Source: Azolla caroliniana (taxonomy: Eukaryota > Plantae > Polypodiophyta). From it: DNA of 64,000 bases. Numbering within the stretch: the first letter of the stretch is position 1; the number at the start of each line of letters is the position of its first letter. Shown in pieces: positions 53,813 to 64,000 of the stretch. The position numbers and the translations under genes are program-made. The stretch lies in assembly GCA_043228905.1 (NCBI GenBank), contig JBHGNT010000003.1, forward strand, positions 21,948,001 to 22,012,000. The letters are read 5' to 3'. Below the pieces are notes generated by a model. That model was not told the origin of the DNA. It saw only the letters and a program-made list of their open reading frames with translations, and did no database searches.

Positions 53813-55049
53813 AAACGTTTTAGATAATCAATTAAAGACCACTACAACATCATTGACTTAATAAAAAAAAATGACATATAAACTAAACACATGATTAGAT
53901 GGGAGAAGAGAGAATAGAAAAAAAATTCTGGAAAGAGTTATCAAAGTTCTTTGTTGATCGTTGTCTGGATCAAGGCCGACCGCACAACGATCGATCAGCA
54001 TCAATCAAAAGACAAATGAAAAACAAAGAAACATTAGTACAAAGCTTAAGATAAGGATAAAGTAATAATAGATAGAAAGGAGAAAGAGAAAGAAGGGTGC
54101 CGATCCACCCGACCACCCCCGAGCGAAGGGATCGAGACGGACTCGAGCCTCGATCGGCGTCCCATACCACCGTCGTGGCGTCGAGTCGTACCTAGTGCTG
54201 GCGCGCTTGCTACAAGAGTTGACCCACCACACGAGCAGAGTCTCGATGTAGTCAAAAGATCATCAAATGAGGGTAGCTAGGCCTCTTATTTATAGCGATA
54301 CCCAAGGCCCCCAGGCAAGTTCGCACTTGACCTAATGGCTTGTCTCAATCCCGAGGATTAAAAGTAATCCTCCCCTTCTTTACACTCTCGTTTAACCCTC
54401 ACACTTATCCATGTGTATAAAATACTACGGTAAATTCTCACCACGGGATATTAAATGGTCATGCCCGTAACAAGAGGGCTTTAGCCGAAACTCCTAGCAT
54501 GATACGTAATCCAAAGACAATCACCTCAAGAGGGAACTCCGGCTGTGCCAAAGCCCCCACCCCTAATTCCAACATCATTACAATTGAACTACATGAGGAA
54601 GATGTCATGTCGTTTGTTCAATATTGCAATATTCCCAACCTTTGCACTCTGATACACCCTCGTCCCCTTGTTTATCACTTGTTGTGGATCCAACTCCCCG
54701 CATTGCCACTAAAATGAACTCATGTCAATCATGGATATTCACGATATAATAGTTTAAGTGCATGCAAGGAGCCTCAAAAGTGTGGTGAATAATGGAAAGC
54801 TCCCCAAACATGCCCAAAATCACTATCAATCTAATGTTTGAACACTTCCTCCATTTCTTCAAGATGAGTTATTTTTCGACTAAATGATTGCCTAGATCTA
54901 ACTGGTTCCATGCTCCAAACATTTACAACATGAATGGAACCATATGAAGAAATTTGATCCTTTGTCACCATTATACCACCTCTCTCTAACTACTACTTGG
55001 GCAATTACCTCCTCGCATGGACAATGCCAATGTCTTACTTCTAATGACT

Positions 55050-55555
55050 CTCCCCTTTCGTTGGTAACTTCATCCTTTCATTAGTAACTTCCTCTTCTTG
55101 TTAGCAATTCTCTCTTCTCGTTGATAACTCTCTCTTCTTGTTAGTAAATTTCCCTTCTTACCAATAAATTCCCTTTTTTAGTTGGTAACTCTTACTACTT
55201 ACTAGTAACTCTTTCTTCTCAACAACAATTCTCTTTTCTCGTGACATGTGCACTTCTCTTATCACTATTGTAACTTCCTCCTCTTGTTATTAATTCTCTC
55301 TTCTCACAAGTAAATCTTTGTTCTTACCAATAAATTTCCTATTTTAATTGTTAACTCTTACTTCTTACTAGTAATTGTTTCTTCTCAATGATAATTCTCT
55401 TTTCTCACGACATGTGTAATTCTCTCTTCTCGCTGATAACTCACTTCTCATTAGTAAATCTCCCTTCTCACCAATAAATTTCCTCTTTTAGTTGATAACT
55501 CTTACTTCTTACTAGTAACTCTCTCTTCCCGACAATAATTATCTTTCCTCACAAC
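55050..55555. repeat. Degenerate 20-21-bp minisatellite with higher-order repeats
   Basis: Recurrent TAACT(T)C(T)CTCTTCTCGTT-like units. The block ACCAATAAATT...TAACTCTTACT(A/T)CTTACTAGTAA recurs three times. Confidence 0.75.
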
Positions 55556-57093
55556 ATTCTCACATGTTGAACACGTTTTATCTTTTATCAACTCGAATTT
55601 GAATCAATGACATTTCTCTCTTCATCCCTTTCACTCAACCCACTGAACACGGCAAATACTCCCAACTCGACTCTTTTATGTCTCAAAACTTACCATTTTG
55701 TGTTGGACACATTGAAACAAAATACCATATGAGAAATTCTATAATCTCCCTTACGTAGGATTTAGACCTAGAACATCTCATTGAACACTCACAATCTTTA
55801 ACCAATGGAATGGAGGCAACATGCTTTGTTAATACTTGTTTTCACATTTTGTTTAGGAGCATGGTTCCCCCTTCCAACTTTCGTTGCTGTCTTTCTTGAT
55901 ATGTCTCACAAAGACGAGCACCACTTGTAGGCGCAAAGGTGGGCATCATTTTTCTGCATGAATATGAAAGAGCAGACCTCACCCCAAGAGTTAAATTAAT
56001 TGAATTTATTTACAAAAAAAATGCCACTAAGGGGTATTTTGGTAATTTAGGAGAATAATGGGTGGATGGACGCGGGGTTAGTTTCGGTAAATTAAAAAAT
56101 ATGTGAAGGACTGGATGCCTTTTCTTCTTCTTCTTCTTCTTCTTCTGCTTCTTCTGCTTCTGCTGCTGCTGCTTCGTGAATGCCTGTTGCATCCCGAGGA
56201 ATCGCTGCAATATTGCGACGTAATTCCTTCTCCGCGTCTTTCTCTTCCCCATCATTCTCTTCAGAATCTCAAGAACGTAAAATTTCTCAGGATTCATGGT
56301 CCTGTAAAGTAGAAGGTGAAATGTTTTCTTTTCCCCCCTTACTATTGATCAACTGCAACTGTTTTTCTGTTCCAAATGTAAATATAATCCTTTGAGAAAT
56401 TTCACGTTGAATAAAGTGAACTTGTTTTTTCATTTCTGTTTTTCAGCTTAAAGCTCTCTCTGCTGATTCAAAATTAGTGGACATCCAACAAGAAGAACAA
56501 TAAGAAAAAGAAATGGACCGCTTTCACTAGTGATCAGCAGTAACTGATTTTCTGTTCAAAACGCAATCGATCGATCACTCATTGTCTTTTCAAAGAATAG
56601 AGATGGTTTTTGTGTGTCGAAGAAAGTGAAACGTATTTTTGGTCTGATTCTGCAACTTCAACTTGGGATCAAGAAGACGTAATATTTTTGTCAGGATTTG
56701 CAGTTTTCAGAACAAGAAGTAGAAGTGAACCTTTTCCAGTTACGAACTGCAACTGAAAGGCTGCTCAAAGTGTGGACGGAAGATAATTCTGAAGGAAAAT
56801 TAGAAGAAGAAAATGAATGTTTTTCCAGACTCAGCAGCTATTAATCTATGTTTCAAGAATGTAGAGGGCGATGTTAATGATATTTTCTGTTGAAAAAAGA
56901 CAATGTGTTTCTATATCTGATTTAAATATTCCATTCCTTTCCCAACCTTTGTCAAAAGAAGAAGCAAACTGTTTTCACTTAGCATAATCGAAGAAACGAG
57001 CTCTATTTGCTGGTTACATATCATCATTGCTGTTCCGGAATGTTAGAGATCAAAATTACAACCTCAATTTGAATTCATCTGTTTGTTGTGGAT

Positions 57094-58020
57094 ATGGCAT
57101 CTGATCTTTTGTTCTCTCCTCCGAGATTACATTGCTCTTACAGAATTGCAACAATTCTTGTCTGTGCTTGTAATGTCTTAGCTACCCTTTTTCTTCTACG
57201 ATCCTTTATTCATCCTCTTTTCCTCAAGCCCTCCCCGTTCTCAGCTCAACGACAGGAAATTTTAAACTCCTTGAAAGGTAACAAAGATATCTTTTAAGTC
57301 CCTTCTCTTTTTTTTCATTGAAAATTTAAAGTCCTTGAAATGTAATGTAAATTTGTAAATTTCCTCCTTGAAAGGTAACAAAGATCTCTTTATGTCCTTT
57401 CTCTGTTTTTTTCATTGAAAATTTAAAGTCCTTGAAATGTAATGTAGATTTACAAATTCTTTTTTTTCTTCTTCTGTTTGCAAACCTAGTTTCATTGAAA
57501 GGTAAGAGAGTGTGGTTTTTATTCTCCTTCCATATAGAAATTAAATGTATGGTTTTTTGATAAGTGTTTTTTTTCATTGTTTGCAGCCATCAAGTATACA
57601 GATGCACAAATGAAGCGAATGAAAGAGTCAATAATTTCATGGAGAGCTTCCAAGCCACTTGAACTTGTTAAAAGGGTAAGCTTCCATTTTCATTTTTGAA
57701 GTTTTATTGTTTTCATGTTTGTTTCCTGATCTAATTGTTTATACATTTTTATCACAATGAAAACAGTGATCCATACTCGTAGTCAATAAAAATTGACATT
57801 GTCTTCTGAGTTTTATGATTCATAGGGTTTGGCAATAAAAGGAGTTTCTTTTGCAGAATTTCTCACCAGTTTATAATTGATTCACAGGTAAAAGAAATCC
57901 GAGAAGAATCTGTAGGATCTTATGGATCCAAACCGCAGGAGGTTATACAAGGAATTGGTAGTTCTGATTTGGCTCAAAGATTGAAGGAGATACATGATGC
58001 AAAAAAATCTGATCAAGAAG
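57094..58020 (+). CDS. 5' part of an At4g33380-like plant protein (N-terminal membrane anchor, homologs have a C-terminal Cys-rich domain); remaining exons not located
   Basis: Exons 57094-57277, 57587-57675, 57888-58020 join in frame: MASDLLFSPPRLHCSYRIATILVCACNVLATLFLLRS...AIKYTDAQMKRMKESIISWRASKPLELVKRVKEIREE.... This matches, from memory, the family pattern CSYxxATxxVC...KYTxxQ..KMEESI..RRA..P.ELVK. Confidence 0.7.
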
Positions 58021-58544
58021 GTTTGCTGATTTTAGTTGTCTGAATAAATTCATTTATTTCACAAATTTGTCATAATATTACAACATGATCTAGATTCTGG
58101 TTTTAAGTAGTAAACTATGGTTGAGGAGACAAGATGCATATTTTTCTTAGTCAGCTGCTTCTTATCAAAGCATTCAGATTGATCTAGATGTTTATAATGC
58201 TGAATTACCAAAAGATTTCATTGAACATATTAGTAAGGCATGAACAGGACCATGATATGTTGGATCTTTCCTTGTTTTATGGAATGCAATGTTATCTGAT
58301 AGATAAGGAACATGCTTGTAACTTATCAGTGCCCAAATTTCTTCTTTTGAAACTGAATATTCATGAATTATTATGTGAAAATCTTTAATGCGGCTCAGAT
58401 TGTGGAAATAATTGAATTCCGGAAGAACTATGATGAGATGGATCATACAAGAAGTCTATTTTTAACAAGAACTTTTGGTATTCTTCCTTGACTCACTTAT
58501 TTCAATAGAGTTTAACATGAACAACACAAATATGGCTGTTGGAA

Positions 58545-59478
58545 CATATGCATGAGACATCCGTTTGAGCAAGATTCGAGAATGATTAACTTAATATACG
58601 AATTTAATAGAGCCATGTGTGAAGGTTTCCCTACTAGATGGACAGAACATATCATTGTGCCAAAACTCCAGAGTGGAGACCCTAGGATGCCAAGCAACTT
58701 TAGGACAATCATGATTGGCCATTACTTGGCTAAGCTATATGCATTGATCCTAGAGTCAGAATTGAGTATATGGGTAGAGCGAAATGGCTGCCGTTCAGCT
58801 GGACAGGCAGGCTTTCGGAAGGGGTTCACAACTTTGGATCACATATTGACCCTCTGAGCCCGTATCGAGGAGGGAAGAGCCAACAATAAGAGGATTTATT
58901 GCTGCTTTGTGGATTTCCGAAAAAGCCTTTGACATTGTGCTGCGTGCTTGGCTGATGCAACAGCTAGAAGCCCTTGGTGTCCCTACATATATGCGATGGG
59001 GAATCTATGCACTGTATGAATCTGTGTTAGGGAAAGTCCAGTCTCCTAATGGTTTGCCATAGGTGTTGGCTAGCACAATCAGAGTAAAACAAGGATGCCC
59101 ACTATTGTCCACTCTCTTTGATCACATTACATAGAGATTTTCTGGGGTTCGGGACATGTCTAGTGGGTATAGCTATACAAATATTACTATATGCTGATAA
59201 TATTGTGCTGATTTCTGACTCTCTGGAGGAACTACGAAGACATCTAAATGCCTTAAAACTATTTTGTACGGACAAAGGTTTGTTGATAAACATGGAGAAA
59301 ACTAAAGTGATGGTGTTTAACACCACTCAAGCATGGGTAACAAGATCAAAACCAGAATTCTTCTTGGAGAAGAAAAGGTGGCATACCCACACTCCTACAC
59401 ATACCTAGGAGTAACATTTATAAGGCCTAGGTTCTCCTTATGGGAGTCTGCTTGTGCCCGTCTTTTTGCTGGATATGC
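58545..59478 (+). mobile_element. RTE-type LINE reverse transcriptase fragment
   Basis: NFRTIMIG...AKLY...QAGFRKGFTTLDHILTL, FVDF, VKQGCPL, LLYADNIVL, INMEKTKVMVFN, YTYLG, with stops and frameshifts. Confidence 0.88.
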
Positions 59479-60110
59479 CATTATCTCCCGCCATCGCAGC
59501 TGCTTCTGTTACACTTAATGTGTATCCTATGAAAGCTTTGGTGTGAACATAGTTATAATAGTGTGAACCTAGTTAAGTAGTTGTTGGGTGTGAACATACT
59601 TAGAATAGTATGAACCTAGTTAAGTAACTATTAGGTGTGAATATAGTTAGAATAGTGTGAACCCAATTAAGTGACCGTTGGGTTTCTACCTACCTGTAGA
59701 CACTGGTTATATAAACCATTCTACATCATTGTAATCAGTGCTCGTTTTCCCTAATCTACTGATATTTCCTTAAGTCTTCTAAGTGATTTTCTTGTGTGAG
59801 AGTTAGTCTAAGATCCCTGCATTTTATACAGATTCCCTCTCATTGGAGATCTATCCGTTCTAGATTAAAATATGCTACAGGTCTTTCGAAGACAAAAATT
59901 ACAATTTTTTTGACATGAGAATCTTACATGTGCGATAACAAGATTCTTTAGTCTCGTTTATCTTATTTACTTTTTTGTTTACTTAATAACATTTATTTAT
60001 TTTGATTTGTTCTCAAAGGCGCGAGAACACTTAAGATGCAATCTCTTCTTTGGTTTTATAGGCTATTTTGGCCTCATAAAAGGCGTTAACACATTTATTT
60101 TTTCTTTCTA
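59476..60110 (+). repeat. Interspersed repeat copy C, split by a solo LTR
   Basis: GCCATTATCTCCC...TGCTTC [insertion] GATTCCCTC...GAATCTTACATGTGC...TTAAGATGCAATCTC...TTTGGCCTC matches 28208-28500. Confidence 0.8.
59507..59830 (+). mobile_element. Solo LTR, 324 bp, family unknown
   Basis: TGTTAC...TATACA termini, near-perfect TSD GCTTC/GATTC, internal GTGTGAAC repeats and TATATAAA. The flanks rejoin seamlessly into repeat copy C. Confidence 0.75.
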
Positions 60111-60129
60111 TGTGGACTATTTAAGAGCT

Positions 60130-60171
<42 letters not shown>

Positions 60172-60999
60172 CTAGCGTTATCTTTGTGAAATAGTTTTTC
60201 ATAGCACAAGTGGAGTGTAATTCTCTCTTTTTTTTGAGTTTCTTTTCTCTTCTTTCGCTAATGTACAATTATCATATCTCCCTCCCTCTCAAGAACCACC
60301 CACCCCGACTTGAACATCACCAAACCCATTACAAGCCTTGAGAAGATGGATGGAGATTTAGCAAACCTTGAGCAAACATGACATGATTTGATAAATTCAA
60401 GCAAGAAAAGTCAAATATAGTGATTAATATTTTTCAACGTTGAATCTTTGCTCTTGAAGAAAAAGAAATACCCTTGGATTGAATATGAAGCAATGAATGC
60501 AAAGATTGTTGAGAACGAAGAGGGTGAAGTTTACCCTACCCTCCAGAACATCAAAACCAAGTTAAATAAAGGGAGGGCGGAAGTGGTGAAAGAGGAGGTA
60601 AAAGAAAAACTTGATGTAGCCAAAGAAGTGGAAGTCATCAACGTAGACAATATCAAAGCCAAACTAAAGAAAGATCGGGCTAAAGTAGTCAAAGAAAAAT
60701 TAAGCAAAAATCAAAGCAAAAGTGTTGGGATGTGGTAGCTAAAAAACAGGTAAAACAACAAGAAATTGAACTTGTGCATTAGACAACTGAATGCACACTC
60801 ACATGCATCCTTTGAGTGACCAAATGGCACCCTCAACCAAGAAGGGTGGACACTACAACCAAGCTTGGATATAGGAAGGAGAATCGACCCTATTCACCGA
60901 ATCTTGGAGATTGGAAAGACACAACTAAAGCTCAAGCATTCATATTACAATTTCGGATCAAAGTAGCAAGAATTGCCTTCCTCAAAAAGCTATTCATAC

Positions 61000-61494
61000 T
61001 ATGGGGTAAGGATGCCCCCTTATTTTTCTTGACGAGGACTTGACAAAGATGCAAATCAACCATAGAAAATAATGTGTGGTTACAGTGTCGCGGAGATTCG
61101 CACTTGTGTGTTGTTCGGGCGGAACCATGATGGTCTCAGAGGGCGAGGGAGGTTGCACCTTACGACTTCGTGAGCTTGATGCTTGTCGAGTTTCGTCGTT
61201 GGCTCTCGACCGAGTCGGCTTCTGGCCCGCGTTGATCAAACATTCGGCCCGCATTGGCGTTCACTTCCGGTCCTCTGCTCATCAACCATTGTCTACACTT
61301 GACGAGTGTTTGCCCGTCGAACTTTCGTCTTGTCTATCAAACGTAGGGTTTCTAACTGAGTAGCTCTAAGACCAACATAATGATTAACCCGTGGTTAGAG
61401 ATTACGCACAGGATTAAGACAAAATTTTGGGAAAGGAATATACACGTGTTATATTAAAAACGGGGTTTATACAACGGTTAGGCTTAACGTGACA
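61000..61494 (-). mobile_element. Possible short LTR + PBS-like site + degenerate gag start
   Basis: Minus strand TGTCAC (61494)...TTAATCA (61381), then TGGTCTTAGAGC (61374-61363), resembling the Met PBS TGGTATCAGAGC. Confidence 0.35.
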
Positions 61495-62018
61495 ATTTCG
61501 GTGGCATTTATAAGAATTGTTGAAGCGATTAAGCATAAACGGCCGAAATCAACCAAGAAGGGGCTAAATAAACAGGTGAAGGTGAGTCTAGTGGGCTCTG
61601 AGCACGACTACCTCCGGTGGCTATTCTGCGACCGGCCACCAAGTTAGTCCGCCCTTGACTCGTAACCACCACGACAACAAACACTCTCCATCGTGAGAGG
61701 ATGATTGAACCACCGAGCAAAGGACTGCCAAAATGCTGAAAGATCTGTTGTAGAATAAACCCAAACTCAAAATCTCTCAAACAAGAAGAGAGTAGAAGCC
61801 AAAACACATAAACCCTAAAACACCCACAAAGAAGACACCTTGAAAGCTCTCAAGAAAGAACCCTAAAACCTCAACTCACTTGAGGAAAACCCACAAGATG
61901 AGTAAACCTTAACCCTAAACCCCCTAGTAGGAGAACATGAAACCCTAAACGAATAGGAAGAAAAAGAAGAAACCCAAAAAGGAAGAAACCCTAGTGGTGC
62001 CCTCCAACACACAATGAG

Positions 62019-62948
62019 TGTTAGAGCTTGATCCTAAAGGAAATATATTATTAGAAAATAGAGAGAAGAGAGAGAAAGAAGGGTGCCGATCCACCTGATC
62101 ACCCTCGAGCAAAGGGATCGAGACACACTCGAGCCTCGATCAACGTCCCATACCACCGTTGTGGCGTCGAGTCGTACCTGGTATTGGTGCGCTTGGTTCA
62201 AGAGTTGATCACCACGAGGATAGAGTCTCGATGTAGTCGATAATGTGTCAAATGAGGGTAGCTAGGCCTCATATTTATAGCTAGACCTAAGGCCCCCATG
62301 CAAGTTCACACTTAGCGTTAATGGGTTGTCTCAATCCTAATGATTAAAAGTAATTCTTCCCTTCTTTACACTCCCATTTAACCCTCACACTTTATCCACA
62401 TGTATAGAATACTACGGTACAATCTTACCAGGAGATATTATATGGTCATACCCGTAACATACTCCCCCTCTTTAAAACATTGCAGTCTTGCAATGAAAAG
62501 TGAGGGAAGTTAGTTTTAAGAGTGTTTTCTCGTTCCCATGTAGCATCTTGTATAAACTTATCCATCCATTTAATTTTAAATTCTCGGATTATTTTGGAAC
62601 ACAAATTTTTTGTTTTAACATTGAGAATTCTCTTTGGTACATGTGGTTTAGAAGATAACATACCACCGCCATGGCGTCGATGTGAGGACAAAGTTGATCA
62701 CCATGATGACAGAGTGTCAACGTAGTTGATAATGTGTCAAATGAGGGTAGTTAGGCCTTATATTTATAGCCAAACCTAAGGCCCCCATGTAAGTTCACAC
62801 TTGGCCTTAATGGGTTGTCTCAATCCCAAGGATTAAAAGTAATCCTTCCCTTCTTTACACTACCATTTAATCCTCACACGTTATCCACGTGTATGGAATA
62901 CTATGGTAGAATCTTACCACGGGATATGATATGGTCATGCTCGTAACA
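62019..62948 (-). mobile_element. Internally deleted mini-copy of the chromovirus family
   Basis: Full LTR 62019-62459, PPT, chromodomain-coding end of pol (62460-62658), truncated LTR 62659-62948. TSD ATGAG at 62014-62018 and 62949-62953. Confidence 0.9.
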
Positions 62949-63180
62949 ATGAGGGACCACAAACCCTAAGAAAGAAAAGAAGAAGAAGAGAAACAAACCC
63001 TAATTGTCTACCTAGAAACAACAAAATGATGACCCCTCAAACCCTAATGTGCCCAACCTCCAAAATGGGCGACCCAAAATAAGCCCTCTTTCCCCCTTTT
63101 TATAGAGGAAAAGAGGCGCCTATTTTGGCATTTAATGATTTAAATATTCCCTTGGTCCGTATAAAAATGTTATTTTAAAT

Positions 63181-63250
63181 GCGCTAGCAGAGACTCGAAC
63201 TCTGCACCTCTCTGTACCCACTTAGCCCTAACCACTATGCCACTGACACT
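63181..63250 (-). pseudogene. tRNA-like / SINE head
   Basis: Minus strand GTGTCAGTGGCATAGTGGTT...GCAGAGTTCGAGTCTCTGCTAGCGC has an A box, a T-arm hairpin with B box and loosely pairing ends, but no proper anticodon arm. Confidence 0.55.
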
Positions 63251-63329
63251 CATTTATTATGCATATATTTACATATTTATTTGACCTATTGTAATGTGTG
63301 TCCAACCTCTTTTTCCCACTTTTTCTCAT

Positions 63330-64000
63330 TGTGGACACGCCACATCACGACAACAAATGTAAGATAATGTCCAACGAGCAAACGACTGAGACAAGTGACG
63401 AATAATAGAATGGAGTAAAGACAGAGAAGGTGAACGAAGAACAATGAAGAGGGAGATGAGACTATATAGAATCCAATGCACCCAATAACTGGTGTTAAAC
63501 TTCTTGAGGAAAACTAGATGAGTACAGTCGTTATATACAACCAAGTATGCAAGAGGTACGCCATGAATGTGTGCTATCTCTCACCTCTCTATGCAACATG
63601 CTGCCACTTTTTTAGCATCAGACAACCAAATATAAACTATTCCATTTCATGTCTAGCATCACATTGGTAGTGACAGTATGCCATATATCATCCAAGCACA
63701 CAATGAAGGCAAGATTATGGTCCGCCAGGATGGTTGCAATCCAATCAGTGGCAAGACCATCGAATAGGGATTTCGAGTCCATGAGACAATAGAATTAAAG
63801 GTGCACATTGTAATTTGGAACTACAATAGAGCACTTTGGACACACTACAAAGATCATGGAGGGACGAGATATGCTCATCTATAGAGGGGGTTGAGTACAT
63901 GCCTCGAGTTCAATGCTTTCTTGAAGGACAGAGGTATTATCCATCAATGCATCACTCCATACACATCACTCATGGAGATGGCAAGGTGCATGCTCAACGG
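63330..64000 (+). mobile_element. Deleted Ty1/copia remnant, continues past the window end
   Basis: TGTG (63330)...CACA (63663), then TGGTAGTGAC. Integrase-like RGG..EFNAFLKDRGIIHQCITPYT/SLMEMARCMLN at about 63880-64000. Confidence 0.65.

Larger units (their letters stand above)
47504..54472 (-). mobile_element. Near-complete Ty3/gypsy chromovirus LTR retrotransposon
   Basis: 3' LTR 47504-47958, 5' LTR about 54042-54472 (about 8 mismatches over the shared ~430 bp by eye). TSD AGAGG at 47499-47503 and 54473-54477. PPT AAGAGGGGGAGTA at 47959-47971. Confidence 0.95.

Overview
Plant nuclear DNA (AT-rich, intron- and retroelement-rich; the style suggests a non-seed vascular plant such as a fern, which is inference only). 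Five protein genes can be reconstructed by hand: U2AF65 (+, 5' end outside the window), an intronless class I TCP transcription factor (-), an ILR3/bHLH104-type IVc bHLH (-), a complete 14-exon GIGANTEA (-, about 1155 aa) and the first three exons of an At4g33380-like gene (+). There is also one tRNA-Val(AAC). The intergenic space holds a near-intact chromodomain Ty3/gypsy element with TSD, a solo LTR and a deleted mini-copy of the same family, L1 and RTE LINE fragments, a nested solo LTR, a copia remnant and tRNA-like heads. The most interesting observations are: oppositely oriented copies of one repeat bracketing GI exons 2-13, a spliced GI uORF that echoes the GI N-terminus, an EE/G-box/LBS-rich GI promoter, a hairpin-repeat/spacer array in the chromovirus leader, and a 5' LTR lacking its U5 end and a tRNA PBS. 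All coordinates were read manually and no searches were run.
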